NCBI GenBank assembly: GCA_041821565.1 | Contig: JBGUEB010000002.1 | Coordinates: 1-37,524 of the forward strand | From: Gammaproteobacteria bacterium | Lineage (GTDB): Bacteria; Pseudomonadota; Gammaproteobacteria; GCA-001735895 | Reading direction: 5' to 3' | DNA: 37,524 nucleotides | Shown: positions 1 to 10,300 of the stretch, piece after piece | Position numbering within the stretch: position 1 is the stretch's first letter | Layout of the letters: every line of letters begins with the position of its first letter | The notes under the pieces: model-generated | Told to the model about the DNA's origin: nothing | Databases searched by the model: none | What the model saw: the letters and a program-made list of their open reading frames with translations, nothing else | Translations under genes and position numbers: made by a program

Positions 1-213
1 CAGAAGCAATCATTGCTGTGATATTATCGTGTCTTGAAGTGAGTCCACAAATTGGACGAAGGCGGCAGCCATATTTCCCCTGATCTTATTCACATGGATG
101 TGATGTATGCAAGGAATGCTGCGGTCCGGCGTCCCGGAGCATTTACTTGCTCGCTCTTTATGCAACATGTGGGCTAATTGAGTTAAATCCGGCGTGCATT
201 GTAGCGTATCAAG

Positions 214-2916
214 ATGAATCAAGAGAATCGAAAAAAACTGGTGCTGATTGACGGTAGTTCATACCTGTTCAGGGCTTATCACGGCTTACCACCGCTTACC
301 CATAACCGGCACCCGACGGGGGCCATTTATGGCGTGTTGAATATGTTGCGCAAACTAATCAGGGATGAAAATCCGGATAACATCGCCGTGGTTTTCGACG
401 CCAAGGGCAAAACATTTCGAAACGATATTTATCCCGAGTACAAGGCCAACCGACCACCAATGCCGGATGATTTACGTGTTCAGATTGAACCCTTGCATCA
501 AATTATCAAGGCGCTTGGATTACCGCTGATCGTAATAGATGATGTCGAGGCCGATGACGTTATAGGCACCTTTGCCACTGAAGCACCCAAAAAAGGATTC
601 GGTGTACTGATTTCTACCGGTGATAAGGACATGGCACAGCTTGTTAACGCCGATGTGCGATTGATTAATACGATGAATAACCAGGTCATGACCGAAGCAA
701 CGGTGCCGGAAAAATTCCAGGTTAAGCCAGATCAGATCATCGATTACCTGGCATTGATGGGGGACAGCTCGGACAATATTCCGGGTGTGCCGAAAGTCGG
801 GCCCAAAACTGCGAGCAAGTGGTTAGCCGAATATGGCAGCCTGCAGGCGGTGATGGACAATGCGCATGAAATAAAAGGCAAGGTTGGGGAATACCTGCGT
901 GAATCGCTCGACTTTTTGCCGATGTCATACGAGCTTGCCACGATCAAACTCGATTGTGATACCGGGGTTGAAATTGAGGACCTGGTGCAGGGCGAAGCCG
1001 ACACGGGAGCGCTCGCCGCATTTTACGAGGAATTCGGATTTAACCGCTGGCTGGATGAACTCGGTGCGGAGCCGGCCAGGGTTACGCAGACTGTTGATAA
1101 GCCGGCAAGCGTAGACTATGAATGCGTACTTACCCAGGAAGCTTTCGATATTTGGCTGCAAAAGCTGGAAAAAGCGGAACAGTTTGCTATCGATACAGAA
1201 ACTACCAGCATCGACTACATGCTCGCCAGGCTGGTCGGTATCTCGCTTTGTATAGAGGTCGGGCAGGCCTGCTATATCCCGCTGGGACACGACTACCACG
1301 ATTCACCGAAGCAACTCGACAAGGCCGATGTGTTGGCGGCATTAAAGCCGGTTCTGGAAAATCCGGCTATTGGCAAGATCGGCCAGAACATCAAATATGA
1401 TGCGCATATTTTCATTGGTGAAGGAATACAGTTGCAGGGTATAGCGCAGGATACGATGCTGCAATCTTATGTACTGAATTCGACCGCGACCCGGCATAAC
1501 ATGGATGCGCTAGCAAAGTATTACCTCAATCAGGACACTATCCATTTCGAAGATATCGCCGGCAAGGGAGCCAAACAGAAAACCTTCAACCAGATCGAAA
1601 TTCCGCAAGCTAGTGACTATGCCGCCGAAGATGCCGATATCACTTTACAGTTATACGATTGCCTGGGCACCCAGTTGCAGGAAGATGAGCGCCTCAACAG
1701 CGTTTATGAAACTATAGAAATGCCGCTCGTGGAAGTATTGCTCAAGCTCGAACAAAACGGTGTGTTAATCGATCCAGTCATGCTGCAAAGCCAGGGTGCC
1801 GAGGTTGACCGGAAACTCGGTGGCATAGAAACCTCGGTTTATGAACATGCCGGTGAGGTTTTCAATCTGAGCTCACCGAAGCAGATTCAAGCCATACTGT
1901 ATGACAAGCTGCAATTACCGGTTTTACGCAAAACCCCGAAAGGCCAGCCATCCACTGCCGAAGATGTACTCGAGGAGTTGGCCCAGGACTACGAAATTCC
2001 AGCCCTTATTCTCGAACATCGTTCGTTGAATAAACTGAAAACGACTTATATTGACAAACTACCCAATGAAATTGATTTGCGTACCGGCCGCGTACACACT
2101 TCTTACCAACAGGCGGTTGCTTCCACCGGAAGACTCTCGTCGACTAGCCCAAATTTGCAGAATATCCCGATTCGAACTGCCGAGGGAAGACGTATTCGCG
2201 AGGCTTTTATAGCGCCACCGGGAAAGAGCATACTCGCGCTCGATTACTCGCAGATCGAACTACGCATCATGGCGCATTTATCGGCTGATGAAACCCTGCT
2301 GAATGCGTTCGAGCAGGGTTTGGACGTACACCGCGCAACCGCAGCAGAAGTATTTGGCAACAGCCTGGAACAGGTCAGTGATGATCAGCGGCGCGCCGCC
2401 AAAGCAATTAATTTTGGCCTGATCTATGGAATGTCGGCGTTTGGGCTGGGTAAACAACTGGGTATAGGTCGCAAGGAAGCGCAACAGTATGTCGATACCT
2501 ATTTCGAGCGCTATCCGGGGGTGCGCCGATACATGGAAGAAACCAAAGTGCTGGCCCGCGAACAGGGTTACGTCGAAACCGTATTCGGTCGACGCCTGTA
2601 TCTGCCGGATATCAATGCGCGAAACGCCGTGCAACGGCAGTATGCAGAACGCACCGCGATTAACGCACCAATGCAGGGTACCGCGGCCGATATCATCAAA
2701 CGCGCCATGATCGAGGTACACCAATGGTTAATCGAGGACGGCGATCAGGTTAAAATGATTATGCAGGTACACGATGAACTGGTGTTTGAACTGGATGAGG
2801 AGGATGTCGCACGGGCGCGCAACGAGATCGCTCTGCTAATGACTTCAGCTGCTGATTTATCGGTAGCGCTGGAAGTTGACGCGGGTGTTGGTAGTAACTG
2901 GAATGAGGCACATTAA
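214..2916 (+). CDS. polA: DNA polymerase I
   Basis: 900-aa ORF. It has an N-terminal 5'-3' exonuclease signature (LIDGSSYLFRAYH), a 3'-5' exonuclease region (AIDTETTS) and family-A polymerase motifs (DYSQIELRIMAHLS, RRAAKAINFGLIYG, QVHDELVFE). Confidence 0.97.
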   Translation: MNQENRKKLVLIDGSSYLFRAYHGLPPLTHNRHPTGAIYGVLNMLRKLIRDENPDNIAVVFDAKGKTFRNDIYPEYKANRPPMPDDLRVQIEPLHQIIKALGLPLIVIDDVEADDVIGTFATEAPKKGFGVLISTGDKDMAQLVNADVRLINTMNNQVMTEATVPEKFQVKPDQIIDYLALMGDSSDNIPGVPKVGPKTASKWLAEYGSLQAVMDNAHEIKGKVGEYLRESLDFLPMSYELATIKLDCDTGVEIEDLVQGEADTGALAAFYEEFGFNRWLDELGAEPARVTQTVDKPASVDYECVLTQEAFDIWLQKLEKAEQFAIDTETTSIDYMLARLVGISLCIEVGQACYIPLGHDYHDSPKQLDKADVLAALKPVLENPAIGKIGQNIKYDAHIFIGEGIQLQGIAQDTMLQSYVLNSTATRHNMDALAKYYLNQDTIHFEDIAGKGAKQKTFNQIEIPQASDYAAEDADITLQLYDCLGTQLQEDERLNSVYETIEMPLVEVLLKLEQNGVLIDPVMLQSQGAEVDRKLGGIETSVYEHAGEVFNLSSPKQIQAILYDKLQLPVLRKTPKGQPSTAEDVLEELAQDYEIPALILEHRSLNKLKTTYIDKLPNEIDLRTGRVHTSYQQAVASTGRLSSTSPNLQNIPIRTAEGRRIREAFIAPPGKSILALDYSQIELRIMAHLSADETLLNAFEQGLDVHRATAAEVFGNSLEQVSDDQRRAAKAINFGLIYGMSAFGLGKQLGIGRKEAQQYVDTYFERYPGVRRYMEETKVLAREQGYVETVFGRRLYLPDINARNAVQRQYAERTAINAPMQGTAADIIKRAMIEVHQWLIEDGDQVKMIMQVHDELVFELDEEDVARARNEIALLMTSAADLSVALEVDAGVGSNWNEAH

Positions 2917-3045
2917 CAGGCATCGAAAATCGCGATAATCCCCGCCCTGCCCCGTTGTAAAAACGAGTGGCATATTGCCGCCCGAATCATTCTCCTGGTC
3001 CCGAATCAGCAATAACAAAATTTACTATTAAATATCTGTCAGGAA

Positions 3046-3073
3046 GGAACTTTATACCTGGGTTAAAGTCTAT
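3046..3073 (+). promoter_or_regulatory. Candidate sigma-E/AlgU-type promoter (GGAACTT-N16-TCTAT)
   Basis: GGAACTT lies at 3046-3052, followed by an exact 16-nt spacer and TCTAT at 3069-3073. The ECF sigma-E/AlgU consensus is GAACTT-N16/17-TCnnA. The -35 match is full; the -10 matches only at TCT. It is placed to start transcription near 3080. Confidence 0.4.
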
Positions 3074-3079
3074 TTAGAT

Positions 3080-3194
3080 AGCGCTATAGCCCAGCGCTAT
3101 AGTCCGTTCTCCCTCCTATGAGCGGACATTGATCCGGATACCCCATCCGGGTCAAAAGTTGGTCCCTGGTAGTTTACTACCGGGGATTTTTTTT
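3080..3194 (+). ncRNA. Candidate trans-acting sRNA in the polA-engB spacer (positional analogue of Spot 42 / Pseudomonas ErsA)
   Basis: There is no ORF here. Four stem-loops are predicted: 3078-3085/3093-3100; 3102-3107/3122-3127, enclosing the C/U-rich loop tctccctcctatga; 3131-3139/3145-3153; and a terminator stem 3164-3172/3177-3185 followed by T8. An A/U-rich linker precedes the terminator. The upstream promoter is sigma-E-like. The location downstream of polA and convergent with engB matches spf in enterics and ersA in Pseudomonas. The 5' end is only inferred. Confidence 0.5.
3164..3194 (+). terminator. Rho-independent terminator
   Basis: 9-bp stem ccctggtag/ctaccgggg (one G-U pair), 4-nt loop ttta, then a + T8 (3187-3194). 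It lies about 250 nt downstream of the polA stop. Confidence 0.75.
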
Positions 3195-3363
3195 GATCCA
3201 ATAAATAATGTCAATAAAGCTGGAATAGCGCTAGCCAGATTTTTCCTGAATTCGTTCAGGCACAAATTGTAATCTTCAGTCACGTCAACATTCTCGGATA
3301 AATTATTGAATTATCGAGATATTTATAAATATGGGTGCCGCCTTCGTGCAATATGCGGGCTAG

Positions 3364-3954
3364 CTAAACCATATCCAGCCATTGACTACAACGTAGTTCG
3401 AGTTGATCGAGACCCTGTCGATTCAGTGTAGAGAGGCTGGAAACCGTATACTGAGCGTGTTTTACCTGATGCTCAGCGCGCATGATTTCGGTATTTACCG
3501 CCGATCGAGAAAGCTTGTCTGACTTGGTCAGTAAAATGTGTAGTGGCAGGGCCTGACCCACCATATCAATCAGGGCCTGATCGAGACCACTAATCCCCCG
3601 TCTGATATCGACCACGATGACTAGCCCCTTGAGCGCTTCGCGTTCTAACAGGAAGGTCGATAATACCTTGTCCCAGTGGCTGCGCATTTTCTTTGGGACC
3701 TTTGCAAAACCATAACCGGGCAAGTCGACCAGTTTACGCTGTTCATCGATAGCAAAAAAATTGATCAACTGGGTGCGTCCTGGTGTTTTGCTGGTTTTAC
3801 ACAGGCCTTTTTGCTGTGTCAGGCAATTAATTGCGCTTGATTTACCGGCATTCGAGCGGCCGGCAAATGCAATTTCAAGGCCTTCATCGGGCAGTAGTTG
3901 TGATAATTCGAACGCACTGGTCAGGTATTTTGCCTGTCTAAAGGAAATAGCCAT
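3364..3954 (-). CDS. engB: Ribosome-biogenesis GTPase EngB/YihA
   Basis: 196 aa. P-loop GRSNAGKSS, G3 DLPGYGF and G4 LTKSDK are present. It keeps the conserved position next to polA. Confidence 0.93.
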   Translation of the reverse strand: MAISFRQAKYLTSAFELSQLLPDEGLEIAFAGRSNAGKSSAINCLTQQKGLCKTSKTPGRTQLINFFAIDEQRKLVDLPGYGFAKVPKKMRSHWDKVLSTFLLEREALKGLVIVVDIRRGISGLDQALIDMVGQALPLHILLTKSDKLSRSAVNTEIMRAEHQVKHAQYTVSSLSTLNRQGLDQLELRCSQWLDMV

Positions 3955-4051
3955 CGGATGTGATTGTTAACTCATGTTGAACGAGGGGTTAGTATATGAT
4001 ATACATTCTCGCCGCAAATTTCCGAATCCGTTATTGTTACCAGGAGAAACG

Positions 4052-4660
4052 ATGAAACCGAGTTATATTGGAGTCATTCTGATGGCTTTATCCAGCCTGA
4101 TGCCATTCAGCCTGTTCGCTGCCGATAGTGAAGCAGGGAAAACGAAAAGTGCCCTGTGCGCGGGTTGCCACGGAACCGATGGTAATAGTGTGAATGCTAT
4201 CTGGCCTTCACTGGCGGGACAACATGCTTCCTACCTGGTTAAGCAAATTAATAATTTCAAAGCTGGCGAACGTACCGATCCGACCATGCAGGGAATGGTC
4301 GCGGCGCTCAGTGAAACCGATGTCGAGGATATTGCAGCTTATTTTGCTAGCCAGCAAGCGAAACCCGTGGCCTTTGACGCCACTATGATCGAGCAGGGAG
4401 AAGCAATTTATCGAGGCGGTATTACTGAAACATCGGTTGCTGCCTGCATGGGTTGTCACAGTCCAAGCGGTGTGGGCAATGGGCCGGCGGTCTACCCGTC
4501 ACTCAAAGGGCAGCACCAGGAGTACATGATCGCACAACTGAAAAAATTCAGAGACGGTACACGCGCCAACGATACGGGCAGTATGATGCGCAATGTTGCG
4601 AAGCGTATGTCAGATACCGAAATGATGGCGGTAGCTGCGTATATTGCTGGCATTCAATAG
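4052..4660 (+). CDS. Di-haem cytochrome c4 (periplasmic)
   Basis: Two CxxCH haem motifs (CAGCH, CMGCH) sit in two repeated c-type domains. The signal peptide is MKPSYIGVILMALSSLMPFSLFA. An AGGAGA Shine-Dalgarno sequence at 4042-4047 supports ATG 4052 rather than the ORF-track start at 3974. Confidence 0.88.
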   Translation: MKPSYIGVILMALSSLMPFSLFAADSEAGKTKSALCAGCHGTDGNSVNAIWPSLAGQHASYLVKQINNFKAGERTDPTMQGMVAALSETDVEDIAAYFASQQAKPVAFDATMIEQGEAIYRGGITETSVAACMGCHSPSGVGNGPAVYPSLKGQHQEYMIAQLKKFRDGTRANDTGSMMRNVAKRMSDTEMMAVAAYIAGIQ

Positions 4661-4666
4661 TCCTGT

Positions 4667-4694
4667 TAACCCCCGGTTAAGATTAAGGGGGTTA
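4667..4694 (+). terminator. Hairpin downstream of cytochrome c4 (possible terminator, no T-run)
   Basis: 8-bp stem taaccccc/gggggtta with a 12-nt loop, 7 nt after the stop codon. No U-tract follows, so function is uncertain. Confidence 0.35.
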
Positions 4695-4817
4695 TGCTAG
4701 CCAGAATATTGCACGAAAGCTCTTCTAAAAAAATAGATAAGTTACCGTATAAAACTATCGGTTAAAAAACCTGTCTTTAATGCTACCAATTTAAAACATA
4801 TATCAGAGGAAAGACGA

Positions 4818-5444
4818 ATGCTAAAGAAATGGATGCTCGTGTTATTTACCAGTTTTTTGTTTGCGACACCTGTAGTCGCACAGATGGCGTTTGTCGAAGG
4901 TGTCGATTACAAGCGTATTGATCCCCCAGTCCCAACTTCCGATCCGGCCAGGGTCGTGGTAACCGAAATATTCTGGTATGGCTGCCCACACTGTTTCCGT
5001 TTTGAGCCTTTCGTCGAAAAGTGGGCCGAATCACTCCCAGATGGTGTTGTTTTCGAACAGGTCCCTTCGGCCATCAATGCAGCCTGGTCAGTTCACGCGC
5101 GTGCCTATTACGCCTTCAAAATGATGGGTGTGCAGGATCAGATACACAAGAAGTTGTTTAATGCAATCCACGTTCAACGTCAGCGCCTGAACAGTCTCGA
5201 TTCGATCGCCGAGTTCGTGGCTGAACAGGGTTTTGATGAAAAGGAATTTCGCAAGCAATATGCCTCGTTTCCGGTAGACTCACTGGTTCGCAAGGGTAAG
5301 CAAAAGGAATTGCATTACGGCCTCGAGGGAGTGCCGACCATAATCATCAATGGCAAATACCGGACTTCGGGCGTAATGGCGGGCAATTTCAATCGCCTGC
5401 TACAAATAATCGACTTCCTGGTTGCGGAAGAATTGAAGGGTTAG
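4818..5444 (+). CDS. dsbA: Thiol:disulfide interchange protein DsbA
   Basis: 208 aa with a signal peptide and the thioredoxin-fold active site FWYGCPHCFRFEP. A GAGGA Shine-Dalgarno sequence lies upstream. Confidence 0.9.
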   Translation: MLKKWMLVLFTSFLFATPVVAQMAFVEGVDYKRIDPPVPTSDPARVVVTEIFWYGCPHCFRFEPFVEKWAESLPDGVVFEQVPSAINAAWSVHARAYYAFKMMGVQDQIHKKLFNAIHVQRQRLNSLDSIAEFVAEQGFDEKEFRKQYASFPVDSLVRKGKQKELHYGLEGVPTIIINGKYRTSGVMAGNFNRLLQIIDFLVAEELKG

Positions 5445-5466
5445 CCCCACATTTTTCACTAAGACG

Positions 5467-5496
5467 GCCCGGTAATATAGGTTACTGATACCGGGC
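5467..5496. terminator. Hairpin between convergent dsbA and recD
   Basis: 8-bp stem gcccggta/taccgggc with a 14-nt loop, abutting the recD stop codon. There is no clear U-tract on either strand. Confidence 0.3.
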
Positions 5497-7325
5497 TAGA
5501 GATTTTTCCAGCCGAGCTTGCGGGCGAGACCAGAGCCTCTCAGGGTGAGGTTCTCGCATGCCTGGATCAGCACCTCTACTGGGCTATGTATGCGCAACTG
5601 CTCACGTGCGCGCGTCACTCCGGTGTAGAGTAGCTCGCGTGATACAGCAATGCTTTTATCATCATTGGGTAAAACCAGCAATACCGATTCAAACTCCGAA
5701 CCCTGTGACTTGTGAACCGTCATTGCCCACGCGGTGACATACTCCGGCAGGCTGTAGATTGGCAATTCACGAATGCTAGCGTCCGCGCCACGAAAACAGG
5801 CGCGTAATATCCCCATCTGGTCGGGCCATAACAGGCCAGTATCGCCATTGAATAGGTCGAGTTCGTAGTCGTTCGCGGTTATTAATATCGGTTTACCAGG
5901 ATAATCCTCCGCGGCAGTTGCGCGTGGCCCCTGCAGGCGCAGGCTAATCAAACGATTCATTTCATCTACGCCGAATGGACCCGAATGAATCGCGCATAAA
6001 ACACGGGTACGATCAAACCTGTCCATTGCGTGGCTTACATCGGCACTATTCAGTACTGGCTGGTACAGGGAAAGTATCCATTCGAGCGCTTCGGCTTGAA
6101 GCGAATTACCTGTCGGTAGGTGCAAGCTCACCAACGAATCCGGGGCTTGCAATAAATCGATTGCCTCACGACTCTGTCCTCGATTAACCAGGCCTGCGAG
6201 CTGTCCCATACCACTGCCCTCGCTGAAGCGATAGCTTTGTGTTAAAAGAGCGACAGAATCGGATATTGGCAAAGGGTTAATTGCGCAGGGAATTTTATCT
6301 GCCGGTTTGTCGAGTAGAGATGCCAGATGATCAACCGCCACATCGGAGTAACCGATTGCCTGGCCATGTCCGGTGATATCACCGAGTACATTACCGGCAG
6401 CTACCGAGGCGAGTTGATCGCGATCACCGAGTAAAATAACTCGGGCCTGTGCGGGCAGCGCGTCGAATAAACGATAAGCCAGTGTCAGATCGAGCATCGA
6501 GGCTTCATCGATGACCAGGCAGTCAACCACCAATGGGTTACTACTCGAATGATGGAATCGGTGATTCCTGTATCCCAGTAGCCGATGAATGGTGCTGGCT
6601 TGCTGTGGTATTAAGTCTCGAATCTCGGGACTGAGATGGTTGTCATCGATTCTGAGCCGAATCGACTCCATCATTCGTGCCGCGGCCTTGCCGGTTGGGG
6701 CTGCTAGTTTTATCCGCATATCAGTCTGCTGCGCCAACAACATGGCAAGCACTTTTATCACGGTGGTGGTTTTGCCGGTTCCGGGCCCTCCCGAAATGGC
6801 GACGAATGGACGACTGGCAGCAAGCGCAACCGCCAGCATTTGCGGGTCTGAATCCTGCTGCTCATGACTATGCGGAAATAACTGTTTAAGCTGCTGCGAT
6901 AATCCCGGGACATCGATATCTGGCAAGGGTAGCAGGCGTGAAGTAATAGATTCCGCCACCCTGCTTTCATATTGCCAGTAGCGATTTAGATACAGCCGAT
7001 GCTGCTCCAGTATCAAAGGTGTTGCTTCACCTGGGTTGCCGACACAGGGGCTCTCGAGTAAGCACTGGCGCCATTGGTCGAGATCAGTACCATGTGGCAG
7101 ATCCTGCCTGGATATTCTTTCGGAACTGAACAGGGGCTGATCGAGATACTGGTTCATATCGACGCAAACATCACCAGCCTGATTATTTTCACTGGCCAGT
7201 GCTGCGCTGTAAGATAGCAGGCTATCCATATTGTCAGCGGATTGCTCGGCAATGAGCTGGGCGAAAAAATAGCTTAGTGCCGAGATTTCGCCCTGATCGA
7301 CAAGCCTTTTTAGTAAAGACTTCAT
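5496..7325 (-). CDS. recD: Exodeoxyribonuclease V alpha subunit RecD
   Basis: 609 aa. Walker A GGPGTGKTTTV and SF1 helicase motifs (VIDEASM, LLGDRDQLASV, TVHKSQGSEF) are present. Its start overlaps the recB stop in an ATGA arrangement at 7322-7325. Confidence 0.93.
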   Translation of the reverse strand: MKSLLKRLVDQGEISALSYFFAQLIAEQSADNMDSLLSYSAALASENNQAGDVCVDMNQYLDQPLFSSERISRQDLPHGTDLDQWRQCLLESPCVGNPGEATPLILEQHRLYLNRYWQYESRVAESITSRLLPLPDIDVPGLSQQLKQLFPHSHEQQDSDPQMLAVALAASRPFVAISGGPGTGKTTTVIKVLAMLLAQQTDMRIKLAAPTGKAAARMMESIRLRIDDNHLSPEIRDLIPQQASTIHRLLGYRNHRFHHSSSNPLVVDCLVIDEASMLDLTLAYRLFDALPAQARVILLGDRDQLASVAAGNVLGDITGHGQAIGYSDVAVDHLASLLDKPADKIPCAINPLPISDSVALLTQSYRFSEGSGMGQLAGLVNRGQSREAIDLLQAPDSLVSLHLPTGNSLQAEALEWILSLYQPVLNSADVSHAMDRFDRTRVLCAIHSGPFGVDEMNRLISLRLQGPRATAAEDYPGKPILITANDYELDLFNGDTGLLWPDQMGILRACFRGADASIRELPIYSLPEYVTAWAMTVHKSQGSEFESVLLVLPNDDKSIAVSRELLYTGVTRAREQLRIHSPVEVLIQACENLTLRGSGLARKLGWKNL

Positions 7326-10300
7326 TGCTCACCACGCTTTGCTGCGGATGTTGACATTAAGAGGTCGAGCTCATGGAGGTCGTCGTAGTCGGGCAGGTCA
7401 AAAAAGACGCCATAGCGGTTACCGTGGCGGGGGCGCATTGCTCGAATAAACAGGTAGTAAACCCCGCCAAAATGTTGTTCGTATCTATAATTCGGGAGCC
7501 TTTGCGTAAGGTAGCGGTGCAGGGCAACCGCATAGAGCAGGTATTGAAGATCATAGCGACGGTCGTAAATTGCGGCCTGTAGTTTATCGAACGTATAGTC
7601 CTGCAAACTGGCGCCGAGAAAATTGCTTTTATAGTCAGCCAGGTAATACTTGCCCTGGTGCTCGAATACGAGGTCGATGACGCCGGTGATCAGGCCGCGG
7701 AAATTGTTGACTGTGACCGGCGCCAGGGCGGGGCCGGCAAGACCCTGGAAAAAAGTATTCAGTCTCGCTATATCGAGTTCATCGAGTGCAAAATCAAACG
7801 CCAACTCGTTCAGCCTTTGCTTCACTGACAGCGCCGAAAGTGTCAGGCCGGCATCGTTTAACGGGCAGAGCATCAGGGTTTCCATCCATCCGCTCAGGGT
7901 GTTCGTATATTCATTCGAATCGAGTCCGAACCTGGGCGCCATGCGCGGCAGTAAATCGGCGCATTGACTTTGAATATTCTGCTGAAAATCGAGCTGCTCG
8001 AGCACCTCGTGAAGCAACAGGCCGACATGGCTGCCCGCGGGGAAATCCAGAATCAAATCTTCGCCAACTCTTGCGCTGCCACCGTGAGCAGTCTGATGGA
8101 TATCCCGGGTTAAACCACTGAAGCTGCTGATGCGCCAGTTGTTAGCCAGTACGGCATTGAAACTGGCGGCTTCGAGAATCGGTACGAGTTCCCCCGCGGC
8201 ATCGATATTTTGTCCATCGGCCGTTTGTGGTAATGGAATGATTTCGATCGAACCTTCGCTCGCCTCGACCAGGGCGTTGAGATCGCGGGCAATATCGTCG
8301 GCACCGTCAAAGGCCCAGGGCAGGCTACTGTCGAGATCATGCGGATTTTGGCGTGCATGAAGCAGGTAGCCCAGCGCAGTTTTTGCGGGACGACCAGACA
8401 TTTTGCCGTCGCCAACATCGCCCCATGCCAGGTAAACCCTGGCTCGGGCACGGGTGATTGCGACATAGGCCAGGCGAATGTCTTCGGCCAGGCGTTCTTT
8501 TTCTGCGATAAAAGAATGCTGGGCATGTTGGTCGGAGCCAAGGTCGATCACCGGATTATATTGCGCATCGTGAAAACGCAGAATCGAATCGGGCTTTACA
8601 TCTACCGGCCTGCAGGTCCAGAGGAAAGGTGCAAACACCACCGAATACTCGAGCCCCTTGGCCTTGTGGATAGTAACGATCTTGACCAGGTCTTCATCGC
8701 TCTCGAGTCGTATTTCGGATGCATCCGTCGCCGGTTCATCAACCTGGTCCCGATACCAGGCTAATAGTGAATCAAAACCAGCGCTGACCCGCGACTGCTG
8801 CTGACAGAGCTCGGCGAGATGGAGTAAATTGGTCAGACTTCTTTCGGCAAACTCGGACCCGGCGATTCTCTCGGCTATTTCCAGTACCTGCAATAGCTGT
8901 TGAAACATGGCGATGAAACCTTTTTGGAGCCAGACCTGGTGCAGATAACGAATTTTTTCACACCAGTCTTGCCAGGCACTCTCGTCATCGCTAATTCTGG
9001 CTATCTGAAGGTAATCCAGGTTTAGCAGCGGGCTTGCCATCGAGGTACGCAGCAATTGGCGGTCGCTAAACTGGTTTATGGCCAACAACAGGTCGTAGAG
9101 CCCTTGCGCTTCAACACTTTCAAAAACCTTGTCCCTGCCAATCGTAACCGCAGGGATACCCCGTGCTGACAAGGCAGTTCGCAGATTATTGCCTTCCATC
9201 GCGGTACGCACCAGGATTGCTATATCACCACTGACCAGGGGCCTGGACCCCAGAGTAATGCTGTTATCTCGACCGCCTGCAATCAGTCGGGCAATTTCGT
9301 TGGCGGTGGCTTCGTTGATCCAGCGATAAACCTGCTTCTTGCTTTCGTTTTTGCCGTGCTGATTTTGGGGAATCGACCAGATTGTCAAAGGCGTAACCGT
9401 GCTGCCGTCTAGCAGCAAGGGCTGCGGTTGCTTGTTTGAAGCTGGTGCTACCGGCAGGTAATCAATCGAATCGGCGTAGATGAATGGAGCAGGCCGATGC
9501 GTGAAAAATTTATTTACCGCGTTGACCAGGCTGGCTTCCGAGCGCCAGTTGGTTAGTAATGAATAATGCTCCACCGACGGCTCTTGCTTGGCCTTGATAT
9601 AGGTATATATATCGCCGCCCCGAAAACTGTAAATAGCCTGCTTCGGGTCCCCAATCAGGGTCAGACTGGTATTTTCGTGGTGCAGATACAGGTTTTTGAA
9701 AATGCCATATTGAATCGCATCGGTATCCTGAAACTCGTCAATCATTGCTACCGGAAACCGGCCCCGTAACTGTTGCCCGAGTTCCTGCCCAGTGGCGCCA
9801 TTTAGTGCTTCATACAATAATGAGAGCTGATCCTGGAAAGCAATACTGCGGCTCTGTTGCTTTATGCTTCGCACCTGTTCTCGGGCAAAACTACTCGCTT
9901 CGAGTAATGCGCGCACCCTGAATCGAGATTTAAGCGCATCGATGTCATCGAGTATGCGTTGCGCCCGCACAAAAAATCCTGCTTCCAGCTCCGGGTCGCT
10001 GCCTCGCTTTGCCGGGGTTGATTCATGCAGCAAAGATGTGCTGCCCAGATAGTGAAGCGAATCGGGAATGACCAGCAATCGATCGGATTTGAAGTAGTTA
10101 TCGCATAGCTCAAAATATGCAAACAGATTGTCCTTGTGGTAAGGCAGTTTTTTATTACGGCCGAGCGCTTTGGAATTTAGCAGCAGCTCCTGAACCTCTT
10201 CTTTATTATCCTGCCAGTCGGCGGCGAGGCCCGCTAATTGCCCTTCAAACTGCTGCCACGACTGAAACAGCGCAGCGAGATCCTCGGTTATATCTGGCAA

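Noticed and set aside
10-222. 70-aa minus-strand ORF upstream of and overlapping the polA start, including an internal 22-codon ORF from ATG at 70-72 with a GGGGA-like Shine-Dalgarno sequence
   Set aside because: It has no recognisable motif and overlaps the polA start codon. The sequence is short and low in complexity, and it lies in the probable polA promoter/leader. I cannot support it as a gene.
3974-4051. N-terminal 26-codon extension of the cytochrome c4 ORF as given in the ORF track
   Set aside because: The extension would place non-signal sequence ahead of an obvious signal peptide and would start 20 nt from the divergent engB start. ATG 4052 has a proper AGGAGA Shine-Dalgarno sequence.
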